64,000 bases of DNA from Octopus bimaculoides (Eukaryota). The DNA lies in assembly GCF_001194135.2 (NCBI RefSeq), contig NC_068988.1:18550738-18614737 (forward strand). Direction: 5' to 3'. The notes below the pieces were generated by a model. The model was given only the letters and a program-made list of their open reading frames with translations. It did not search any database and was not told where the DNA came from. The position numbers and the translations under genes were made by a program. This document shows positions 37,629-50,211 of the stretch, in pieces; the first letter of the stretch is position 1; the number at the start of each line of letters is the position of its first letter.

Positions 37629-40600
37629 CTATAAGAAAACGAAAAGAACATTTTAAAGTGACTCGGCCAAATCAAATAATAACAGCCATTAATTCATTTA
37701 TAACATAAACTATGATGCCGATTCCTTTGCCATCAAAAAACCTGATGTGTTTTGATAGGATGCAACCCATCCAAGAAAAATTCACATTGACAAAATATCA
37801 AGGGACATTTTGTGATTTTACCCTTATAAAACGTAATTTCATTCTTTTATATATTTTATTACTAAGGAAATTTACACCAACATATAAAAAGATGGAACAT
37901 TTGCTGGAAAGTAGTATTAGGTTACAATGACCAGTAATGAGTAACATTGTTTTGTTAATTTGGTTTATTTCAAAAGAAGCTAAGAAACTATACAATGATT
38001 TCTATTTTCTATATTATTTTGCCATAGCTTGCGAAGACTTATTGGGGCAAGCGAAAGCGAAATCGTGATGGCACCTGTGCCCAGCGTCGCCTTTCTGACA
38101 CTTGTGCCCGTGACACATGTAAGGATTTTCGAGCGAGATCGTTGCCAGTGCCCTTGGACTGGCTCTTGTGCGGGTGGCACATAAAATACACCATTTTGAG
38201 TGTGGCCGTTGCCAGTACCGCCTGACTGGTCTTCATGCGGGTGACACGTAAAAGCACCCACTACACTCTTTGAGTGGTTGGCGTTAGGAAGAGCATCCAA
38301 CTGTAGAAACTCTGCCAAATCAGATTGGAGCCTGGTGTTGCCATCCGGTTTCACCAGTCCTCAGTCAAATCGTCCAACCCATGCTAGCATGGAAAGCGGA
38401 CGTTAAACGATGATGATGTAAATTCATGAAATCAGGAGCCATTACAGTATATCATATCATCACCCCTATTTTGCACTGCCAACCAATTAAACTCTCCCAT
38501 GTGCCACTTCCGATTGACAGCCATCTCGCATTCACTACATTCATCTCCTTTAACACCATTTCTATTGTTACCTATCTAACCCCCCTCCCCATCATACCCT
38601 CGCAACTATTACCCACCATTCCTAACCCTTCCATCTCCACATCATCATCTGGGACACTTATTACAACCATCTCTATTTCTTCAGGTACAACCTACACATA
38701 ATAATAGTGTAGTACTGAATTTCCTTCACAGCAATAAGCCTTTTCAGCAATCCACATAAAATCATCCCCTTTTCAGTCAAGGAACAGGAGAAAAAAAACG
38801 GAGTTACTTTTGGGCAAGTTTCTTTGACTAAATCATTGGGTTGACCAATGCTTTCCAAGTGAAACTGGCAGATAGAAACCACACAAATGCTTGTTGCATG
38901 GGTTTTCCTAACCTAACTTTTTGCAGCTGTTTGAGCAAAACTGTGGCATTTACATTGCCAATAAATATGTTCCGTAGCTCAGAAAACAGGTATGGTTTAG
39001 CAACAGAAAGAGCATCCAGCAGTAGAATATTGCCTCAGTAAATTTTACTCTATCCCATGCCAGCTTAAGAGAAAATAAATATAAAAAACGATGCAGGTAA
39101 GTAAAAATTAAATTTATGCCAATAAATGGAGCAATTGAGGCCAAACTAATACTTCGTCCTAAATTTAAAAGAAATTAGGGAAAAACCTTTAAAAATATAC
39201 TTTATGAAAAATTATATCGCGAGGTCAAGGTTGTTGCCGGCGCCGCTGGACTGGCTCCTGTGCAGGTAGCATGTAAAAAACACCATTTTGAGCGTGGCTG
39301 TTGCCAGTACCTTGTGACTGACCTTCGTGCCGGTGGCACGTAAAAGCACCCACTACACTCTTGGAGTGGTTGGCGTTAGGAAGGGCATCTAACTGTAGAA
39401 ACTCTGCCAAATCAGATTGGAGCCTGGTGTAGCCATCTGGTCTACCAGTCCTCAGTCAAATCCGTCCAACCTATGCTAGCATGGAAAGTGGACATTAACT
39501 AACGACGAATCCAACAGTATGGTATGAAACCAGTCAAAATTGAATTTTCTGGCTCATACAATTTTAATGAGAATAAACCTAGCATAATATGTATGTTTAA
39601 CCATGAACATGTATTGCAGGCAAAATGTGTTCACAACTAATTCCGTGACTGACCATCATGGGTAGAACGTGAAATAAATTCAAGGCATAACCAAAACCTA
39701 TGAAAAGGGATAATAAAATCTAGACTGATGCTAATCCTGACAACCACCAGTAAGCAACATCGTCTCATAACCAGTTAAAGCCGCATGGCAACTGCAGCAG
39801 CAATATTTTCACTCAGATGATTCTAAAAATCTGACTGCATCACATGCTTTTCAGGTGGATTGTCACTGTGTATACTGACTGAAATTGGAGACAGTTCTAG
39901 TTATACATCTCATGTAGGTGTTATGTTTGTCACTAAAACTTTTCCTTTTTGGTGTATTTGATTTGAGAAAAAGGAATTTAGTTCTCTTAATTGTGAAGCA
40001 CAAATGAAAAGCAGAAGCAAGAGAACAGATTTTTGTTTATTCGTTTTAGTTCCAAATTTGTCATCTATTGAATGTGATAAAACTGCAATAGTTGAAGAGA
40101 GATGTTAATTAAAGACTCCAGTCATCCCATTCTCCCGGACAAAAACTAATTATTTTGAGAAAGGAAATAGCTTAATTTGGTGCTAAGTTTCTGTATCTTT
40201 AAAAATTCTTAGGTACATCTATATCAAATACTCTGGAAAATAACTAAAATATTTCAAGATTTAATTCCCAGATGTCCACTGGCATCTGAAAGAACTTGCT
40301 ATGTAAGATCCCACAATGTTTTCTCTCTGTACTGGAAAGTATTAATTGATTAAAAATTTGAAGTCAAAACAACAAAATATTGGTCTCAAATTTTTGGTAC
40401 AGGATCAGCAAGTTGGGGTGGGGGCTAAGTTGACTACATTGACTGCAGAGCTTAACTGGTATTTATTTTATTGACTCTGAAAGAATAAAAGGCAAAGACA
40501 AACCTCAATGGAATATGAACTCAGAACATAAAGATGGGCGAAATGTCACTAAGCATATACCCTAGCATGCTAACAATTCTGCTAGCTCACTGACTTAGGA

Positions 40601-43600
40601 AAGAAAAGAAAATTCTAGCATACTTACATCTTGGATAACTTTGAAGCTTGTCCACCGGTCACTTTGGCAACTCTGAGGTGAGCAAGTTCCTGTAAAATCA
40701 CAGTGCAATTACAACATCAGCCATATGGAGTCATACATTGAGGCATGTAAAACAAAACTACAAAGAGATTATATAACTTAGCAGCAAGAAATAGATTTAA
40801 AATCTTAGTCTGAACCCTTTTGTTACCATACTTCTGTTGAAATTTGGAAAATAACGCAGAATTAACTAAAATATCTGTCATTATTAAGCCAGTGTTTGGA
40901 GCCAAAATTAATTTTACATTCGATGAAAGGTTATAATTTAGATCAATTTAGCATTAGGTTTACTCTGAAATGCAACGCTTATCTATCCACACTGAATTAA
41001 TCATGTATTGTCTTGTAGCTTTGAAGTTCCAATGATGTGATTGTTTATTTTTCACAATGACATTATTAGATAAGTGTGAGAAGTTGTACATAGCCAGTCT
41101 GAATATACCACATGCAGAATGTTTGGGCCAGACATGGCTGGTTTAATTATTAAAGGGTTAAAACATGAAGTTTGTATCATAGAACTAGTGGCAGGCTCAA
41201 GAAGTTTGGTGTCAAAAGGAGTTAGTATACTTTTATACCTTACAATCACATAAAACAATGAAAAACAAAACTGATAGGCAAGATTTAAATGTTTAAATGA
41301 TTTTTATGTTTTAAAGCTATCATCATTATTCAAATGCCTGCTCTCTGCTCAGCAATAGCTCAGGCTGTCAGAGGCCCAGTCAAGATTTATTATTATTTTC
41401 TTTTCGGGTTACTGCCAACTCAGATAATCCAAAGGACCAAATCTCACTTGTACATTCCATCTTTAGAACATACTGCAAGAAAATCAACCATTGTGCAAAA
41501 ATTCAGAATAGTTTATCATTCAGATAATTGTCAAATGTAATGCTTATCTATTCACTGTTTTAAAAAGAAATCAGAAGCCCATAAGCTACTTATTTACATT
41601 AAGAAATCACCCAGAACACATCTGGTTGAGCCACGAGGCATTTATCAGCAGAGTTTTACATTTACGGCACAAAACCTCAAATATTGACAGCAAATGAGAT
41701 ATTCCTAGCATGTTAGGGGATAAAATTTGCTGGCACTGTCATGCTATTAGCTGTCAGAAGTGAAAGTGCTCACTGCTAGTGAAGTATCTGCCTGTTGCTG
41801 GCTTGTCGATTCTTTGGCTACTGACAGCTAATACCATGACTGGCCGGAGCGAGCTATATGTCTGTCTCTCTCTCTCTATTACTCGAAAGTTATTGGAACA
41901 AATTTGACACCTATATCCATGCGTTTGAAAACACAACAGAGTATAAGGGTACTCGCGTCCGCGCTAGCTAGTCGTGAGTGGTCGATCCTATTATTTTTAA
42001 ACTTCAAACTTCATTTGTTTTCTATTTTGATAAATTCTCTCTGTTGAAAATTATATTCTTATATTTTAAATAATTTGCAATTTCAGGAAATATGTTTTTA
42101 TATTAAATTTGTGTTTTCTAATAAGGTGGACGAGTGATAGATAGATATCAGTAAGTAAGTAAGTAAGCCAATAGCTGGCTCCGGCCAGTCATGGTATTAG
42201 CTGTCAGTAGCCAAAGAATCAACAGGCCAGCAACAGGCATGCAGGCAGACAGACAGATACTTCACTAGCAGTGAGCACTTTCACTTCTGACAGCTAATAG
42301 CATGACAGTGCCAATTTGCTTGCTTTTGGGATGTCTTCATGCATTCTTCCTTTCCTTCTTTCTCAGGTCACACCAACACATAAGGATCGGTTTCCATCTG
42401 GGCGGAACACTGGTCTGTGGCAGGATTACTCATTTTTGCCAGCTGAGTGGACTGGAGCAATGTGAAATGAAGTGTTTTGCTCAAGAACACAGCACGTCAC
42501 CTGGTCCAGGGATTGAAACCACAATCTTATGATCATGAGTCTGACACCCTAACCACTAAGTCATGCAACACTACTGTGGGCAAGAGTCTGCTACCATAGT
42601 CTCGGACTGACCAGAAACTGAAAGAAGCCTAACTGCATCTCCTTGTCTTGGAAACATTACCATCATCGTGCGATTCATGTGAACGAGTGTTAGTTATACA
42701 AGCAATGTCATTACTTCCAATATTCTGCAAGAACATGTCTGGCCATGGGGAGATATTACCCCAGTAGGAAAAAGGTGTTTGAGACAGGATGGGCATCTAG
42801 CCAGAGAAAATCTGCCTCAGCAACCCTCTGAGCCAAGCAAGCATGGAAAAGTGGACAAAAACAATGTTATATAATTTAGTATGTACGTGTAAAAAAATTA
42901 CATGGGGCTATAAATTTTAATTGCCATACATACTATAAACGACTGCATGAGCATAATAATGATAACAAAAAATCCCAACTTGTTAACTTCCCTTGTGTGA
43001 TGGCCTCATCTGTGTTGCGAATTTGAAAGAGTACTTGTCAATATGAGGGAATTGCATGGTTTTCACATGGTTTAGCAGAAATAAAATCCTATCCAAAGGT
43101 TTAATAGCACAAGGTCAAATAATACAAACTTGTTTCCTGCTACCTTCACGAATTCAGATAACTGTAATTTATACTAAGCACTCCACTGCCTCTGCAAATT
43201 TCCAAAAGCTGCCAAATATATACTTACATTTTTAAGTTCCTTGACTTGTGTCAACAACTCCTCTTTCCTCTTGCCTCGGAGATCTTTAGCTTTAACTTTA
43301 GTCTGCAAGAAGAACATTGAACAAGTGACAACACCTATACTGCAAGTAAATTATTATATATTCTATCATGCTGAGGAATCAAAAACCATACCAATCAATC
43401 TGCTTCCAATTAGATAAGAAATTCCAGCAATATTGAAGTTTCATCTCAAGCTTACTGAGAGAAAGAACAATGCAAGTAAAAATTTATCAACCTACGTGCA
43501 TTCCCCCTGGTTTTGTGTACACATTTGTTAAAACTAACAAAGAATTCATTTGCACAAACATATATATAGTTAAAATTTACAGAAAAAGAAAGACGAAAAC

Positions 43601-45173
43601 AGGTGAGGGAACAACAAGCAGATATATTCGTCTAATGCTCGGGAAGAATGGGAAAGCCTTTGAGTTTCCGAACCTACACCCAACAGAGATGATTTAGCGG
43701 TTGCAAACCCATTTTTCTATTAGCTGAAGGAACTTGGAGATCAAATAGCTTCCAAGATAGAAAAAGAAGATAACCCATATCATAGGAAATATTGTACAGT
43801 TGAGTACCCTTCCTAACACCAACCACTCCGAGAGTGTAGCGGGTGCTTTTACGTGTCACCGGCACGAAGGCCAGTTACGAGGTACTGGCAACGGTCACGC
43901 TCAAAATGGTGGTTTTTTACGCTCCACCTGCACAGGAGCCAGCCCAGCGGCACTGGCAACGACCTCGCTCGAATGACTTTTCACGTGCCAGTAAGGCGGC
44001 GCTGGTAACGATCCCGCTCGAACGATGGTGTCTTCACGATTTCGCTTGCCCCATATTACAATTGTTCAAAAAAATACTTTACATAATTCGGCCTGGCATT
44101 ATAAGCAAATTTGGCGGATTCTAGGGCGGAGACGGACTATATGTAATCTGAACCCCCCTGTCAAAAAATTGTNNNNNNNNNNNNNNNNNNNNNNNNNNNN
44201 NNNNNNNNNNNNNNNNNNNNNNNNNNNNNNNNNNNNNNNNNNNNTGGAATCTCCAAAGCCTAAAACGTGGGATTCCGTAAAAAGAATAAATAAATAAGGG
44301 GGGAAAGGTTCAGATAACATGTAGTCCATCTGGACCGAAAATCGACCCCAGGATTTATTCTTTGGAAGCCTAGTACTTATTCTATCGGTCTCTTTTGCCG
44401 AACCGCATCGGTTGTCAAGCGATGTTGGGTGGGGGGGAACAAACACAGACACACACACACATATATATAGACATATATACGACGGGCTTCTTGCAGTTTC
44501 CGTCTACCAAATTCACTCAAAAGGCTTTGGTCGGCCCGAGGCTATAGTAGAAGACACGTACCCAAGGTGCCACGCAGTGGGACTGAACCCAGAACCATGT
44601 GGTTGGTAGGCAAGCTACTTACCACACAACCACAACTCCATTGTTAAAAATTTGTGCAAAATAAAGGCGAATTAACCCTTTTGAAAAAATTGCCCGCAAC
44701 AAAATCGACATAATATACAAATAAATTTAACAAGAAATCAACTCAGAAAAAAATAGGAATGTGTAAAAAGAATTATTATTCCAAAGTAGTAAAGTATGGG
44801 TTGCAATATATTCGAGTAAAAATGGTAAATGAAGAAACATGGAATAAGCAGGTGCACGATATTGAGCTTTGAATAAATAAATCTAAATATATTATAGATG
44901 TTAATTCAGGATTTATTCATGAAATAACTATACTAACAGAAGAAACGTAATTCTTTTTTAAAGATCAAATTATAAGCATGGTTAACGTGGTGGATACATG
45001 GAATATATTACCATAAAAATAAGAGTGAAATATTCATGTTTCATAATAAAAAAGAACACAATTAATGTCTATAATAATGAAAGAATACCTAGAGCAGATT
45101 TAAGTAAATAAACTGTAATATTAATGTGAAGATTAACAGAGATAAATTATTGGTAAAAAATAAAACTCACCAT
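37397..45173 (-). CDS. RPL35: 60S ribosomal protein L35 (uL29), complete spliced CDS: join(45171-45173, 43228-43302, 40628-40689, 37397-37628), 372 nt, 123 aa
   Basis: Spliced translation [93 protein letters not shown]...RKFAIKA* is typical uL29. All introns are GT-AG, phases are consistent, and the length matches the family. Confidence 0.97.
38020..38420 (+). mobile_element. SINE family A copy in RPL35 intron 3 (also ~39225-39510)
   Basis: Family A body and tail. Confidence 0.8.
40628..40689 (-). CDS. RPL35: RPL35 exon 3 ([20 protein letters not shown]+AT)
   Basis: tgattttacag| acceptor, |gtaagt donor, 62 nt, contains the LRVAKVTGG family motif. Confidence 0.96.
41732..42312. mobile_element. 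Long-TIR non-autonomous DNA transposon (Merlin-like; MULE not excluded) in RPL35 intron 2
   Basis: TIRs ~126/142 bp (41732-41857, 42171-42312) starting GGCAC; 8-bp TSD AATTTGCT (41724-41731, 42313-42320). Confidence 0.85.
43228..43302 (-). CDS. RPL35: RPL35 exon 2 ([25 protein letters not shown])
   Basis: ttcttcttgcag| acceptor, |gtaagt donor, 75 nt, phase 0/0. Confidence 0.96.
43800..44055 (-). mobile_element. SINE family A fragment in RPL35 intron 1
   Basis: Family A internal repeats. Confidence 0.7.
44335..44630 (-). mobile_element. SINE family B copy in RPL35 intron 1
   Basis: Family B head and partial tail. Confidence 0.78.
45171..45173 (-). CDS. RPL35: RPL35 exon 1 coding part (ATG only)
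   Basis: Minus strand ...caaagATG|gtgagttttatt: start codon directly followed by a GTGAGT donor, ~30 nt downstream of a TOP motif. Confidence 0.9.
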
Positions 45174-45194
45174 CTTTGAATTGGTCTAATCCCT

Positions 45195-45203
45195 AAAAGG
45201 AAG
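45195..45203 (-). promoter_or_regulatory. 5' terminal oligopyrimidine (TOP/TCT-type) start of RPL35
   Basis: Minus strand CTTCCTTTT 30 nt upstream of the ATG, the expected start for ribosomal protein mRNAs. Confidence 0.75.
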
Positions 45204-46202
45204 TTACAATATTTGTTACTGTGAACCTTACCTCACTTCCGGTTTTATTAACTCCAGTACAATTGTGATCAGCAATATCTTTTATTTAATATAAATGTGA
45301 ATAAAAATAAATAAATTGATAAATAAAATAATTGTAATATATTTGACAGAAAAAAAACATTAAATTGAAAATATTTTTGATTTTAATTTTTTGTTTCATT
45401 TACCGGAACAATAACGAGAAATGTATTTTTTTAAATATAATCTTATTTTCATATCATTTTTGCCGTACTAAAGTTGTCATAATTTTTCACCAAATATTTA
45501 AACAAATTTAATTCAGTGTAACTTTTAAATTATATTTATCTCAGATAAATCTAAAAAGAAACTAAAAATAAGTCCGAGTTAAAAGCAAAAAAAAAATTAT
45601 CAAAATACGAAAGTAAATGCAAAGTGTCAGCCATTTCCGGGGCGTGGAGCAGACTTAATAATACAGTGACCGGTTCTCGTCTGAAGTCAACTTCCTTATT
45701 TCAATTAATTTCTTGTAGGAAAAAAAAAAAAATTTCCCCCCTTATAACATCTNNNNNNNNNNNNNNNNNNNNNNNNNNNNNNNNNNNNNNNNNNNNNNNN
45801 NNNNNNNNNNNNNTTTTAATTTTTTGTTTCATTTACCGGAACAATAACGAGAAATGTATTTTTTTTAATATAATCTTATTTTCATATCATTTTTGCCGTA
45901 CTAAAGTTGTCATAATTTTTCACCAAATATTTAAACAAATTTAATTCAGTGTAACTTTTAAATTATATTTATCTCAGATAAATCTAAAAAGAAACTAAAA
46001 ATAAGTCCGAGTTAAAAGCAAAAAAAAAATTATCAAAATACGAAAGTAAATGCAAAGTGTCAGCCATTTCCGGGGCGTGGAGCAGACTTAATAATACAGT
46101 GACCGGTTCTCGTCTGAAGTCAACTTCCTTATTTCAATTAATTTCTTGTAGGAAAAAAAAAAAAATTTCCCCCCTTATAACATCTACATCACTTTAACGG
46201 TC
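45204..46202. promoter_or_regulatory. Bidirectional promoter region shared by RPL35 and ARPC5
   Basis: Lies between divergent start codons. ETS-like CACTTCCGG (45234-45242) and CCGGAA (~45403); YY1/ETS-like GCCATTTCCGG (46063-46073). Part of it is duplicated across an N gap. Confidence 0.7.
45381..46185. other. Near-identical 372-bp duplication around a 61-N gap (probable assembly redundancy)
   Basis: 45381-45752 versus 45814-46185 differ only by about one substitution and homopolymer lengths. Confidence 0.8.
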
Positions 46203-46342
46203 ATGTCTAAAAACACTGGTGCCACCTTGTTTCGCAGCTTCAACGTCGATGATTACGACGAAGATAAATACCAAGATGAACATAACGAAGATCAGAAGGA
46301 GCAAGGACCGAATTATAGTGAAGTAGTGAATTTCCTCAACGC
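46203..46342 (+). CDS. ARPC5: Arp2/3 complex subunit 5 (p16-Arc), coding exon 1
   Basis: MSKNTGATLFRSFNVDDYDEDKYQDE...GPNYSEVVNFLN resembles the ARPC5/ARPC5L N-terminus (MSKNT..ARFRKVDVDEYDENKFVDE...GPDEGEV). Ends in phase 2 at GTATCCTT. Confidence 0.93.
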
Positions 46343-48691
46343 GTATCCTTTTTTCGTTTATGTGATTGACAAACATGCCTGTGTATATATATGTGAGTGG
46401 ACAGACATACATACACTCATATAAGGCACGAGGTCGCTTGACGTTTTCAGTACTTGTATCGAAGGATGACTATATATATATATATCTGTACCCTTATACA
46501 CATCTATATACACATGTACATATATGTGTGTATACATGCATATATATTCTTTGTAAAATATATATGTGTGTGTGTGTGTGTATGTGACTGAGTAGACAGG
46601 CGAAAGAGAAGGGGTACTCAATACATTTAGTAGGAGTTACATGTATTATTTGATTTAAAAAAAGTTTGATTCGGTTCCGTGATACTTCCAAGTTTTCGGC
46701 AATCCAAAGCTTGAAGAACTCATACTCCCCTTAGGGGCCTTGCGAAACTTGAAATAACATGGANNNNNNNNNNNNNNNNNNNNNNNNNNNNNNNNNNNNN
46801 NNNNNNNNNNNNNNNNNNNNNNNNNNNNNNNNNNNNNNNNNNNNNNNNNNNNNNNNNNNNNNNNNNNNNNNNNNNNNNNNNNNNNNNNNNNNNNNNNNNN
46901 NNNNNNNNNNNNNNNNNNNNNNNNNNNNNNNNNNNNNNNNNNNNNNNNNNNNNNNNNNNNNNNNNNNNNNNNNNNNNNNNNNNNNNNNNNNNNNNNNNNN
47001 NNNNNNNNNNNNNNNNNNNNNNNNNNNNNNNNNNNNNNNNNNNNNNNNNNNNNNNNNNNNNNNNNNNNNNNNNNNNNNNNNNNNNNNNNNNNNNNNNNAA
47101 AGTGAGGTGTCATGCTGGTGCGCGGGATTGGGTCTGAAAAAAAAAAGGTGTGGTTGCAACTTACTTTGCATCAATCGTGATAGTCTCAAATAAACATGCA
47201 TACAAATATACGCACACATCCTGTCACAGTTTCAATGAATATACACACACATTTTTGTTTTTGCGATCTGTCTTTTTAAATTTAAATACACCCCCACCAA
47301 CCATGATAGTTGTATTGTCAGAATTTCTAGGTTTCGTATTTATTTGCTTTTGAGTGACATTACAGGTTTTTTTTTTATTTTGTGCTTATTATTAATTCAA
47401 TACCTTACAAAGTATAAACAAATTTTGTTAATTTAAAAAGCAACCCTTGGTAAAAACAAGCCAAAAAAATTATTTCTATTCACAAGGTTCTTATATAATA
47501 ATTTCATTCACATGTAGGATGATTTATTAGAATATACTAAACTTTAATATATATAATGAGGAATTATTTGAGATACTTAAACCAGAATTCTGCATGCATA
47601 TATATATATACATACATACACACACACACACACACATATGCTCTCTGTCCACTCCTTTTTGTCACATCCTGGACAGTTTGATGAGGAAAAATTACCACTT
47701 GAAGTTTGTTGTTGGATGTAAGTTCCGTTAGTAGGTCTGAGTTTATCCCACTAAATTGATTTTTTTTTTCTTTTGCCATATAAAAGTCTATATGTGCTAT
47801 TATTAATGAGCAGGTTATCTATTCTTCAAGGCTGTCTAGTTTAACATGTTACAAAGTATTTTTAACTACACTTCATGTGTGTTAAGCTCTCCACTACATT
47901 CCTGGGGGTGACATCTTTACAGATAGAGGAGTAACTGATTCTTTATTCACAGAAGAGCAATGTGTTGTCCTATAAATATATCGTAACATGCCATACACAC
48001 ACACACACTCATATCACACAGCTACACTTTGTATGCTGAGGTTATATGCATTAAAATAAGGTTTACGATATCAGTCGGAAGACACTATAGAGACTGACCG
48101 TTCAACCACACCTATTTTCACATCTTAGTGGCTTATAACAGATTCTCAGAACATTTGTCAAACTCTTATTACAGATTCTGTCTGCAACTTGAATGCCTTA
48201 TAGCGAATATATTAAGCATTTTATGTATGCTGTTTGTCCTCTATTCCGTTTAACTCCCTAATTATGAAATATTCGTGTGACGGGGGCCTAATCAGTCGTT
48301 AGGATCCGCTGTTTTTTGTTAGGTTGCAAGTGATGTCCGTTAGGTCCTGTTTGATGTGGTTTTCATTACTTGTCATTATGTATAAATATGTTATTAGTTC
48401 GTTGGTCACTTAATACATTGTCATGTCTTACTCATTTGCGCTTACTCAGACAGTTGACAGCGACATTTAATTTTTCACTCCTCTCTCTTTCTTTCTCTAC
48501 TGGACACGAAAGAGTAACTTGCTAGAATTAGCAGCCAAGTCCCAATTTCATCCTTTACTATCCTAAAAATGGGTAATATGATACTGGTTAATGTCGTTCC
48601 AAATATACTATTACAGAAAAATAAATAAAATGAAGAGATGATCGGGCTTGACCTGGGCTAAAATATAAACATATATAGTTCTTTCTCTTTT

Positions 48692-48734
<43 letters not shown>

Positions 48735-50105
48735 TGTTGCTACTAGTGATATAGGTGTCATTTTTATAAGTGATCTTCACCACAGAGATTTAGCACAATC
48801 AATAGACAAACGAGTCTTGTGGTTGGTAGATTCATCTAGGGTTGATTAAACGTGTCTCACTATTTAGTCATCTAGCGCCCTTTTTGAAAAATTGTTCCAG
48901 TGCTTTGTTAAAACATCGATTTGATTACTTTTTAGTTTAACGAAGACAGCTTTAGGATAGGCTTTGGTATCAATCACGTCACCCACTTAGTTAATTGCTT
49001 GCTGGGTCTAGAGGAGGTGGGGCAGTGCCTTGGACTTTCTAGGCCCTCCTATACCAGCGGAGTGATGCCATTCCTTTTCGCATTCTCGAACTTATGTACG
49101 TCAACACCTGATCCGTAAGAGGAGGGAATTGCCAGAGGGTCGACATTCTGGGATGGTAGAACTAGGTGTTAGTAATTAAGTGCAAATTTTCAGGGTCACT
49201 GCCTTCTGAAGGCGTGGGGCACATTGGACAATTGCTCAGGGACTTCAAGGGTCTAGGGGTCCAATTCTAATCTATGTATGCTGTGACTTACTGTCAATAA
49301 ATAAATACTATAGAGCCCCAGAGCATTAATTTACCCAGTGTCTGTCAATGCTGCTAAGACGGTCCTACCTTAGGCAAAGAGATTAGATACAACTTGGATG
49401 ATGAGAAGAGCGATGCGTAGAGGCGAAATAAACCCAGCCATCTCCGAGAACATTGCGGGAACAACCTACGAATGCTGGGGTAAAACTTATTAATCAAGCA
49501 ATTATGTAATGAAATTACTTTTATTAGAAGGGGTTGGGGAATTCTTGGATCTTTTAATCATGAGTTCGTTGTTTTTTTTTTCTTTTTTTCTCGAATCTCT
49601 GGAGCTGTCTTTCGATTCAACTATCCTTTTATTTCTCCCCCCATGCTTTTATGCACTATGGTTGCCTATTTTCTTCTGTCTATCATGTTTCTTATTCTTA
49701 CTCCCCATATATCGCAGCATAGAAAACAAACTTCGCCATGTCTCATTATATAAAGAGTTCAACGCCCCCCTTTACCATTTCGTTGCTTAATCACGTGTCA
49801 GTTTAAAGGTGGGATATTGACAATCTTGAAAATATAATATAATATATATATTTACATATTGATATTTGTGTGTGTGTTTATATTTAGTGGCAGCTGTTTG
49901 TTATGATTACTAGTTATATTATTATTATCAAAGTTAGTAGGTCCCAAGCATGAACAGTATATTGTTAAATCGTTTCCTTATTGTTATTTAAATTGCTCTG
50001 TCCCGAAATGATCACAATATGCAGATTTCACTGTTATATACATGTATGTATATGTGTAGGTAGGTGTGTGTATATATATGTATATATATACACACACACA
50101 CACAC

Positions 50106-50211
50106 GCGCACGTTCATATGTGCATGAACATGTATGTGTATATATATATATATATATATACATACACACACACACACATACATACATGTTCATGCACATA
50201 TGAACGTGCGC
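50106..50211. repeat. Perfect 32-bp inverted repeat around a 42-nt microsatellite loop
   Basis: GCGCACGTTCATATGTGCATGAACATGTATGT (50106-50137) and its exact reverse complement (50180-50211). Confidence 0.9.

Noticed and set aside
43645-43690. Another decayed Penelope-type hammerhead-like remnant; similar doubt at 46690-46755
   Set aside because: Catalytic core bases are mutated or stem II is unpaired.
37629-45170. Intronic snoRNAs in RPL35, expected in ribosomal protein genes
   Set aside because: No properly spaced C (RTGATGA) and D (CTGA) boxes with terminal stems, nor a clear H/ACA layout, found by eye (e.g. ~39790-39850, ~40260-40320). An Infernal/snoReport scan is still warranted.
49330-49495. 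GATGATGA box-C-like motif in the ARPC5 intron
   Set aside because: No matching D box; the segment is bounded by degenerate inverted repeats (ttacccag / ctggggtaa) and looks like a MITE remnant.
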